Source: Eledone cirrhosa
Lineage: Eukaryota
Direction of reading: 5' to 3'
Assembly (NCBI GenBank): GCA_964016885.1
Contig: OZ024743.1
Location: forward strand, 90,644,001 to 90,708,000
Length of the DNA stretch: 64,000 bases
Shown: positions 53,226 to 64,000 of the stretch, piece by piece
Position numbering within the stretch: the stretch's first letter is position 1
Layout: each line of letters begins with the position of its first letter
The notes under the pieces: model-generated
The model's database searches: none
The model's input: the letters and a program-made list of their open reading frames with translations, nothing else
Told to the model about the DNA's origin: nothing
Program-made: the position numbers and the translations under genes

Positions 53226-53408
53226 AGGAAATAGAGATTTATTTAATTATGTCTCATATAAAATAATACAACCAGCTATCCACGGAATACTGTATAGTTA
53301 GCACCCCAAACACTAAATTGGGATTATACTTAGGTATATCCTAATGTTTGTGGAGTGAGATGGAGTTGGTCAGAGTATCGCTTAAAGCTTTCTCTGTTAA
53401 TGTATTAA

Positions 53409-53440
<32 letters not shown>

Positions 53441-54834
53441 ATATATATGGCGGAACCAAGCTATTAAACAGAAGGGCCGACTTATTCGGTGCTGCCTGCA
53501 GACACCTAAGGACGGGAACTTTCCTCAAGCTATATGGATAAACCCCGGTTAAGGCCTCCCACAACGCCACCCCCACCTCTGTAGGTCCCCTAAACCCCGT
53601 ACCAATGACCAATCGACAACAACAACCACCCATAGTATGTGGTCCCTATGGTGGATGGTCCACCGGATCCTTTACTGGTTAGGAGTCATCAAAACCACGT
53701 TTTATTGAACCTGAGGGAACCCCCCCCCCCCCTGGGAGCGGCCGACACAGGAATAACAATTATCCCAAGGTACTAACCCTATACGCAACCGTGCATTGTG
53801 TGTGTATACTGGGATTACGTGAATGTACACACTCATGTGAACGCAACGAAATACTAATACCCCAGGTTGGATTGATAAATGTTCGAGTGTATGCTTAAGA
53901 GTATATTTGTATATACTCTCTTGTATGAGTGCACATGTGTATATAGACATACACGCACATCCAGAGGTATAAAAGTGTGGGTGGGTATATATGTCTGTAC
54001 TAAGGGATTCGCCTAAGCTCCAAATCCCCCAAGCTATTGCTGTGAAGATATATATCACACTCTACTTTTGTCTAGTCTAAACAATAACTTTTCCAAACAC
54101 CCACTTTACTTTTCTTTAAAAATAACACCCACCTAGTTTTATGTATGCCTTATACTTGGATTTGGAGGCCTCTGTTGTATATATATATGCACTTATGCGT
54201 ACATATATATATACACACCTCTATGGATTTGTGTGTGTAGATGTGTGTGTGTCTGAGAGGGTAGGTGTGAGTGTATGTACAAGTCAACCAACATAAGTCT
54301 TTTTATTTCTAAATTTTCTAAACTATCTAAGTATTTGACTCTAACCATTATTTTAAGTATTACCACCCCACATTAATTCCTCAATTTGTATGTGTGGATG
54401 TGTGTGTGTGTCTGTGGAGGTCGGTGTGAGTGTATGTGCAAGCCAACCTACATAAGTCTTTTTACTTGTAATTTTTTTACTCTAACCATAATTTTCAGTA
54501 GCACCACTCCACATAAATTTCTCAATTTAAGAATGACCTGTAGTATCTATTTCATACTATTAACCTTAATTGAATATATATCTGACCAGGAATGCTTTTT
54601 GTGAAAATCAGTCATATGGAACTATTGTCATCTTGCCTGACAGTTTGAACTTTACAACACCACCTGCCTCTTTGAGGTCAAATACCAACCCTACTAGCAT
54701 CTACAAACTGAACAATGAGAATTAAGACTATTCCTGCTGACAACATTAAATTATTCCTAACAAGCTCATATGTCCCAAGGCTCTGATGCCATCAACACTA
54801 TAAACACAGAGCTGGCATATCTAAGAACTGACTA

Positions 54835-54890
54835 ACTGCCTGGTGAGGTCATAGCCATTCAATGGCTATCATCGAAATATATATAGCAGT
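54835..54890 (+). ncRNA. Minimal hammerhead with A6G core change (CUGGUGA)
   Basis: ACTGC-CTGGTGA-GGTcATAGCCAT tca ATGGCTATcATC-GAAA-T ATAT A-TA^GCAGT. Follows a decayed PLE-like EN tail (about 54610-54770). Confidence 0.75.
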
Positions 54891-54984
54891 AAATAAAGGA
54901 TTATGAGTTCATGCAATTGACTTATGTTTCATCACTATATATATATATATATTTATTATATATATATATATAATAATTATCCCA

Positions 54985-57900
54985 TTCGATCGGGTGCCCA
55001 TGTCTCGCTCGTATAGAACTGTTTCTGGCAGGTTTTCCATGGCTGGATGCCCTTCCTAACACCAACCACATTAACAATGTTGACTGGGAGCCTTTTTACT
55101 GTGTTACCTACACGACCACATTACAGCGTGGACTGTGTGTATTTTTTGTCATGACACCTACACGACCTCTTTAGTTTGGACTGGATGTTGTGGTACCAAC
55201 ATAACTTTACAGAGAAAGGGTGGTGTTGGTGGGAGTGGGAGGATGGAGTAGGGGTAGTGGGTTGGGGTGTATATTTGGTTAACAGGTGCCTACTGACTGT
55301 AGGTTTCGCTTTGTATGTAGGGAAGGCAGGTCTTCTCTGTTACTGTGTGGCGCCAAAGATCTCAATCCAGTGACATTGTCTTAGAGAGGTGTAAGTGTCC
55401 CAGGTTTTTCTGGGTCTACCTACTCCGTAACTTCCATCAATTTTGATCGCCATGCACGTTTGTATACAGCTATCGTCTTTCATGCGCATCACGTAACCAT
55501 ACCAACGTAGTCTTCTCTCGAGTAAACAGCATCTGATCCTTCTTATTCCTAATTTCTCACTTAGTTTGTTTATGTCTTGCTATTTGTGTATATTACTATT
55601 ACACATCCAACGGAGCATGCCTGCTTCATTCCTTTCCAATTTGCGCAGGTCCTCTGCACACAATGCCCATGTAACATTGCTGTTCGTATATAAGCATCAT
55701 ACAATCTGCCTTTCATTTTTATGAGAAACCTTTTGTGGCCAACAACGGTATTAATTCTCTGAATTTTTTCCATCCCATTCTAACTCTGGTTACTGTACTT
55801 TCAGAGCACCCGCCACCACTGCTGATTTTGTCACCCAGGTAACAGAAAGTGTCCACTATTTCTATAGAACCATCTGGGCAATAGAAGGAGCTAGTATCCT
55901 GTGGGCACTTGATACTTATTGCACCTGAGTATCGGCCACATATAAAATCTACATTCTTTGATAGCTTGCCTGTGATCCCGCTACATCTTTTATGTACGCA
56001 TAGTTTGCATTTGGGGCATAGAATGGAATTTCTGCCTACTCCTCTCCTACACACTGAGCATGACCATTTCCCAGAGGGCACCTGTGCCCTATTTCCTTTC
56101 TACATACTAGAACTTTAGTGTTAGACAAGTTAACTTTAAGGCCTTTTGATTCTAGGCCATGCTTCCATGTTTGGAATTTCATCTCTAGTTCAGCCATAGA
56201 TTCAGCTATGAGAATTAGATCATCTGCATATAGAAGTTCCCATGGGCAGCCGGTCTTAAACTCCTTTGTTATAGCCTGAAAGGCAATAATAAACAGGAGG
56301 GGGCTAAGGACAGAGCCTTGATGAACACCTACTTTTACGCTAAATTCTTCCTGACCTTGCTGACTGTTGCTTTATACATGGCTTGTATAGCTCTCACAAG
56401 CCATTCATCTACTCCTAATTTTCTAAGGGCCCACCAGATAATGGAGTGGAGGACTCTGTCAAAGGCTTTCTCCAAGTCAACAAAGGCTATGTAGAGGGGT
56501 TTACTTCTAGCTAGGTACTTCTTCTGTAGTTGCCGTACAAGGAAAAGAGCATCCATGGTACTTTTACCTGGCACAAACCCAAACTGCATTTCATCTAGAT
56601 CAATTCGGTCACTAATTAGTTGTGCAATAACTCTTTCTGTGACCTTCATGACCTGGTCAACTAACTTAATGCCTCTATAGTTTCCTCTATCTATAGCATC
56701 TCCTTTGCCCTTGTAGCAGTTAATGATGCTGCTGCTATGCCAGTCTTTTGGTATGACCCCATTCTGTATTACTTGGTTTACTATTCGGGTGACATAGTAT
56801 GTGCCACCATTCCAGATGTTCTCAACATCTCAGCAACTATCCCCGAAGGCCCAGCTGCCTTGCCTGTCTTCATATCTTTGATTGCCTTACTTATTATACT
56901 ACCTTTAACTTGAACCGCTGGTCCTTCTATTGGATCGATTTAGGGCAGACTAACTTTCTCCCATTTATTCTCCTCATTTAATAGTCTCTCGTAGTGACAC
57001 TTCCAAGCTATCTTCTTATCAGTATCAGTGAGGGCAAGTACACTGTTATAATTACAGACACACTTCTCCCCAACAATATCATAGTTTTCCTTGACACATT
57101 GTCTTGCGATCCTGAACACCTCACGTTTTTGGTCCTCGCGTTTTAGAACATGCTTGAACTTTCTATCCTCTGCTTCCCTTCTTGCAAAGTAGATTTGTCG
57201 CATAGCTTCTCTCCTAGCCACCTGATAGTGTTCTCTACTTCCCCCATCCCGCTATACTTTCCAAGCCTGTGTTTTGGCCCTGATTGTCTCCTCCACCTTA
57301 CTTTTCCACCACCAAGTTACTCTCCGCCTGCCTATAGGTCTGCTACAGCCACAGATTTCATCTGTCACCTTCAGCAGGTTAACTTTCAAGAATTCCCAGT
57401 GTTCCTCTATATTATATGTCTCTAATTGCTCTTAATTGCTTTTAAATTTGTTACTGGCTGTGGGGTCCTTCAACTTTCATATTCTTCTCCTCAGGGCAGT
57501 CCTCCTCTGTTGTCGAGTACGTCTAGTCCTGACTATGAGGTCACTAACTATGTTGGGAGGTGCATTCTTCATGAGGGAGGGACTTAGTGTTTACAACAGA
57601 CACTCTGTCACATCTTCTGGTAAGGATATAATCTATCTGACTGGCGTGTTCCCCTGATCTATAGGTGATCAAATGATAGTTAGGTTATTAGTGTCACAGG
57701 ATCCTGAAGTCTTCCTCATTTCTAGTGCCAAACCCATAGCCTCCATGGATTCCGTCATAGCCATCACAATGTTTTCCAACATGACCATGTAGATCACCAG
57801 CAATAATTATGAAATCACTGTCGGTTATTTGGGAGGTAGTGTGCATTAACGACTCATAGAATCTGTCTTTTATAACGTCAGGTAGGCCAGATTGGGGTGC

Positions 57901-58330
57901 ATAAGCGGATATTATTGAAACAGTAGTTCTATTGAGAACTAGTCTTATTTTAATTATTCTGTCATTCACTCTATTTACATCAATTACCTTATCTACTCAT
58001 TTTTCTGCTAACATAATTCCTACACCACCCAACCCGTTGTCATTTCCCATCCAGAAAAGTTTATAGCATCGTTTTTTACCCACAATGAATCTAGCAGACC
58101 CACCTCTCCACCTAGTCTCTTGAACACAACAAACATCAACTTCCTTACGTTCAAGCATCTCTACAACCTCATTTGAGCGACCTTTCAATGTGCTACATTG
58201 ATGGTACCAACTCTGAACTTTTGGATTTCGCTGGGGGTGGATGAAAGGGATGGGTTGGGGGCACAGCTAGTGGTGTGGGTGATGGAATTATGTTGGTCTT
58301 CCATGTCTGAAATAAAGAGGAGTGCTTGCA
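54985..58330 (-). mobile_element. Near full-length RTE LINE (APE + RT + PHD), decayed
   Basis: VGTINV, CVQETRW, SAYAPQ, GDLHGH, RT motifs, PHD finger and 3' UTR. Confidence 0.95.
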
Positions 58331-58331
58331 T

Positions 58332-58944
<613 letters not shown>

Positions 58945-58951
<7 letters not shown>

Positions 58952-61060
58952 CTTCAAAATATTAATAAATATAGAGATTCATGTGATCAAATATATTTTA
59001 TTATACATATTTCAGAGGTACTGAGCTATTTCAACAGTACGTCCTCATCAGATAAAACAAGTTGATGCTTGACATACCTTGACTATGTTGATGGATATAA
59101 TTTAGTCATGGTAGTGATTAGTTTTGACAAAACTCAATATTTATATACCTTATGTTGAAACATGAAAAATTACATATAATACAGAGGGTGCGTATGAGAA
59201 TGTGTATAAAGATATATAAATAACTAATAATATATAATATAATACATAAACTTTTAACTGTTAAAAATTTAAATATTTAAATAATATATGCATACCTCAT
59301 TATTGCTGATAGTGTAATTCATAGATCGAGAAAGTAAATCAAGATGAAAGAGAGAAAGAAAGAAAGGGCGAGATTTGATTGTAGGAATGAGAGAAGGGAG
59401 AAATGATCAAATGATAGAGAGAGGAAATTAAGTTTAATAGTATATACAAAAGGAGGAAGATATGCATTGTAATTTATAGATAGCGTATAATTAGATAGGG
59501 CGGAAGAATGCGTGACCGTTTATTTTCAAATCTTAAGTTAATTAGAAATAGTCAATTAATCAAACAACATAAGATTTTAGACTATAAGATTTGAAAGGAT
59601 TTATATTATTGTATTAAATCAGAGTTCAAACAAATGTAACGTGAAAGAGATAAATTTAAGTTGATCATAACTCCAAAGTACATTTAAAAGTATATTAAAA
59701 TCAAGAATATAATCAATACATTAGTAAAAAAACATTAAAATTAAAATGTTATTAATAAGCCATAAAGCATTATAAATGTATTTAATAAGATATTATAAAA
59801 CTAGATTTATCTACATATACACATATGTATAATTTATATATAGACTGTAAAGTTTAAGGTTTAAGACGATAATAGTCACTTATATAGTATAATTACTGTT
59901 AAGAGTTTAATAAATTTAATTCAACTAGAATTTACTGTTTAAATTTTACATCAAGTTAAGTACAAAAAAATTTTTCAACTTGGATCTAAGGAGACATTTA
60001 TACCATAAATGTACAATCATATCCTCGAGAATCGGAAAAACAACCATTCAAAGTAATGAAACGGTTTACAAGTCTAAATACATTAGAGGTATCAAATATA
60101 TAAGATATAAGATTTAGAAAATACAAAAAACAAAATTAAATGTATTTAAACAATCTAAAGGTCATTCATACTCAACTAGAGATCAAGTTAACAATTTCAA
60201 TGTTTAGGTAGAAATTCATAATCAAATATTAATAATAGTATAAATAATAAAAGCATTACAAGAATTTTTAATCTGAGACAATATTGTTTCACTCTCAGAG
60301 TTATTAATAAACGTCTAAATCATTTCACATTTATTCAATGTTTTTTCCTGATTTTTTGTGAAGCTTGGAATGTAGATGTAGCTTTGTGTAGACAATTTGA
60401 GAATAATTCACTTTTTTTGTTAATTAAGTTTTCATAATTAGTAATTATTAATAGGGTCTCCATATCACAAAGATTGCAGTTAGGTGATATTGAGGAATTA
60501 ATGTAGACTTGGCTATTACAAAGTTTTGACCAAAATATTGAGTACTCCAAATTTTTGTCTTTTAAGGACTATATGATAAAGAGGTTGAGAATTTCTTATC
60601 CGGATTCGAAAAAGAGTGCCTGTGATTCGAATATCTTAATTTAAAGCTCGATGAGGTTGCTCCTATATAGTTGTAGGTGATGTTATTTGCTTTAACGGTA
60701 CATTTATAAACTAGGTTCTTATCAAGACAATTATTTTGGAGAGGGCAATTCGTTCTATTTCTACAGTTACATTTCGATTTACTGTTATTACTATAATTTA
60801 AACTGTACACGTTATCATTGCTAATACTTGGAGGTGTTCTATAGTGAGTGCTTAGATTAGTGTTATTGTTATTCACAGTATCAATATTATTGCTAATGTT
60901 AATATTACCATTATCCTTAATTGTTTGCTGGTTATGATTAAGAATTCTACTATTTATTTTTGCAATGTTCTGGGCCATATTCATAGTTGTAGAATAAGAT
61001 AGCTTAATTGTGTCTATTGAATATGGAATGGTATTTATGTGTGCTGGAGAAGCCATGGAG
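58945..61060 (-). mobile_element. Neptune-like PLE 3' remnant
   Basis: IKLSYST, CNCRNRTNCPLQNNC, LVYKC...YIGATSSSFKLRYSNH, then WSKL...CNLCDME...NKKSELFSNC. Long AT-rich 3' region ending at the hammerhead and (TA)n. Confidence 0.85.
58986..59066 (-). ncRNA. Minimal hammerhead ribozyme at 3' end of a PLE
   Basis: TGTTTTAT-CTGATGA-GGACGTACTG...CAGTACCTCT-GAAA-T ATGT A-TA^ATAAAATA. Confidence 0.8.
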
Positions 61061-61249
61061 TGCTTTTAATCTATTGTGAAACTTTATTCATTGATGAACT
61101 CATTGAATCTTGTTAAACTTTAATTATATATATATTTAATTATATATATATATATTCAAAACAACGAAGAACACGTTTCGCGGAGGACACAGCGGAGGAC
61201 ACGTTTCGCACCTTTCCGACAGACAACCCCCCCCCCCGCCCGGAAAAAA

Positions 61250-61296
61250 CCCAGTTGATGGATGTGAATCCGAAATATATAGGGACAATTAAATCT
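61250..61296 (+). ncRNA. Hammerhead-like motif with non-canonical core
   Basis: CCC-AGTTGAT-GGAT GTGA ATCC-GAAA-TATATA-GGG...TTAAATCTC. Covaries with 26414-26458. Confidence 0.45.
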
Positions 61297-61629
61297 CTCC
61301 CAAAGTAACTCTATCTCGTGTTGTTATTTTTATTTTTATCCTTTACGCTCTTTCCTACATTCCTCTACACGCTACAGTCTTCTACACACCACGCATCTCA
61401 ACGTACACCCACTTACATCTCTCTCTCCACCACCGGATCTTGTTACCCGGAGATTTACCCATCTGCATTGTCGAGGCTTCCAAACGACTTAAAGAAATTT
61501 ATAACCGTTATCATTTACCTAAAGTATACTGCACCACTAATACCTAATATATATCTATATATACCTCCCTATACCTTCCTATAATTTTTAGTTAACTTCT
61601 AAATTTCTTGATTACGTACACTCTGAACT

Positions 61630-62065
61630 AAGAATAATTAATGCATTTACACCCTGTTATATATAGGTGTATATTTAACCGTAACATGCCTCAATCTATT
61701 ATTTTATTTTTATTTTCGTTATTATTTACCTAAAATATACTGGCTCATTAATATATATCTATATACATAATCGTTATTTAAATATTTTTAACAATAAATA
61801 CTTCAGAAGCTTTACATACCTAATATGTTGGTATCTTCGTTAAAGAATAATTAATACATTTACACCCAGTTATATATAGGTGTATATTTAACCTTAACAT
61901 GCCTCAATCCATTATTTTATTTTATTTTTATCTTCGTCGTTATTATTTACCTAAAATCTACTGGCTCATTAATATATATCTATAAACATAATCGTTATTT
62001 AAATATTTATAACAATAAGTACTTCAAAAGCTTTACATACCTAATATGTTGGTATCTTTGTTAAA
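61630..62065. repeat. Tandem duplication of about 215 bp
   Basis: aagaataattaat.catttacacc...ggtatctt.gttaaag occurs twice head-to-tail. Confidence 0.9.
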
Positions 62066-62599
62066 GTTTAAATTTAGGAAAATAATCAACTGTATAATAT
62101 TTCCTCCTTGATGTGCCAGCTAAATCCTTTAAATGTTACCCTCATAAAACTCAGAAGCTTAGAAATGATAATACACTTATTGAATTTATAAAAATAATAT
62201 ATAAATAACCAGCAAAAAATCCCGAAATCTTGAGTCTTCACCCTAATATTATAAATTAAATATTTTCAAATTTAACCGTTTAACTTTCGGAAAAAATCTC
62301 CTTCTGCATATATCACCCCCACCCCCCTTATCTTTCCCTCTTTATAAATCCTTTTCCAGTGGCTATCACTGGCTGTTATGATTCATGAGATGTTTTCCTA
62401 GATATATTGTAGTATCATACATTTAAAAATCTCTATAACAGTTACATTAAGCAACGTTTTTCTTACTCACACATTCTCTAATGAATTTATTACGTTTTCG
62501 CATTTTCTCATAATTAGGGTATATATGTTAAATTTTCTCTTAGGTTAATCACTACCTTGATTAAATCTTAACCATTTAACATCTCTGGGTATGTCATGT

Positions 62600-62669
62600 A
62601 TCATTATATTTTGTCTGATGAGGACGTACTGTTGTACATCCGAAATATGTATAATAAAATGTAATTGAT
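62600..62669 (+). ncRNA. Minimal hammerhead ribozyme (diverged relative of 58986-59066)
   Basis: ATCATTATATTTTGT-CTGATGA-GGACGTAC tgtt GTACATCC-GAAA-T ATGT A-TA^ATAAAATGTAATTGAT. Confidence 0.85.
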
Positions 62670-62801
62670 CAAAAGAACATCTATTTTATTAATATTTATA
62701 TTTTAATATTAATAACTCCGGAAAATTATTTTTTCCGTAGAGTGCTTCCAATCTACTGTAAAACTCATTCTTTGACATACTCATTGAATATTGTTTAACA
62801 C

Positions 62802-62848
<47 letters not shown>

Positions 62849-62854
62849 ACAAGT

Positions 62855-63170
62855 CGACGCTGAAGCATATAGACAATATGCCCCCATCCCCTCCCACTGT
62901 AAAGTGGTCGCGGAGATGTCACGCACGACAAAAAAGCACCCAACCCACACTGTAAAATGGACGTGTAGGCGCCACACCAAAAAGCACCCAGCACTCACTG
63001 TAAATGGGTTGATGTTAGGAAGGGCATCCAGCTGTAGAAATCAAGCAAAATCAGTTCCTGTGTGAGCAAGACAAGGTCACTCGACCTGGCACTGCCCACA
63101 ACAGGATAACTCGTCTAACCCATGCTAGCGTGGAAGAATGGATGTAAAACGGTAATGATGATGATGATGA

Positions 63171-63171
<1 letters not shown>
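62855..63171 (+). mobile_element. RTE 3' UTR fragment
   Basis: Matches 2245-2540 and 50230-50540, with (GAT)n tail. Confidence 0.9.
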
Positions 63172-63254
<83 letters not shown>

Positions 63255-63295
63255 CAAATTACACAATTATCAAAGTTATGTTCAAATCATTTAAT

Positions 63296-63342
63296 TGCTG
63301 ACAATAGTTTCTTCCAAACTTTCGTTTGGAGTCATCGGAGCA
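63296..63342 (-). ncRNA. Minimal hammerhead, U4C variant (CCGAUGA)
   Basis: TGCT-CCGATGA-cTCCAAAC gaaa GTTTGGAa-GAAA-C TATT G-TC^AGCA. Confidence 0.75.
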
Positions 63343-63594
63343 TTATCAATGTTTGTACATATAATTAACCTCCTATTCAACTGAACAATCATATAGATAC
63401 ATATATATTGATTTTGTGAGCAACAGTTTCGTATTTACAGGGTGTAATGGATGCGACATATATTATACGAGAATTGTCCAAAAATTAAAATTAAAATTAA
63501 AAGCACAGAGTGGATTACATGCGACAGATAATACAAGAGAATAGTCTAATAATTAAAGAGGCAGAATGAAGACATTAGCAGTACATATGCAAGT

Positions 63595-64000
63595 ATGTAT
63601 CATGTTATGTTACCCAATAATAACACTAAATACAACCACTGCAATTTACCAAAATCCACAAATACAAATACTAACCATAGGAACTCTTCTAGAACACAGC
63701 ACATTAATATAAGTGAGAATAAGAATTTAACTAAAAACCGCAAAAGAAACATAACATGGTACAACGCATCCTTCAACCTGCAAACTATTGGACAAATCCC
63801 CCCAAAATTCTTCGAAATTCTACATAAACATTTTGCACCATACCACAGATACCACCAACTATTTAGCAGGTATACTGTTAAATTCTCATATTCTACATGA
63901 AACAATCTCCAACAGAAAATAAGCAACTACAACATTTATAAATTTAAAAATAATATGACCACACCACCACAACATAATTTAAATATGACTGCACCTTCTA
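63595..64000 (+). mobile_element. Neptune-like PLE fragment (RT-EN linker), runs off window
   Basis: NRKRNITWYNASF...KFFEILHKHF....YHQLFSRYTVKFSYST linker signature. Confidence 0.75.

Overview
AT-rich, repeat-saturated animal DNA; the RTE LINE, tRNA-SINE and (TA)n content suggests a cephalopod (Octopus-like) genome, which is an inference. Host genes: the first two coding exons of PPAN/Ssf1 on the minus strand (11416-11402 and 7415-7248) and an orphan signal-peptide exon on the plus strand (51174-51279). The rest is about 16 decayed RTE-clade LINE copies (PHD finger inside ORF2; one 3' UTR expanded into a 48-bp minisatellite), CRE-clade elements, mariner, piggyBac-type and Gypsy remnants, SINEs, and several Penelope-like elements (PLEs). 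Main signal: between 22 and 64 kb I could fold by eye about 15 type I hammerhead ribozymes from many unrelated families. They include U3-A8, CUGAGGA, CCGAUGA and three-way-junction stem II variants, plus a recurring hammerhead-like motif that lacks the CUGA core. Most sit in short cassettes inserted into (TA)n arrays, often bracketed by fold-back inverted repeats of 56 bp to 1.7 kb, and two inversions pivot on ribozyme stems. All structures were derived manually and none was tested computationally.
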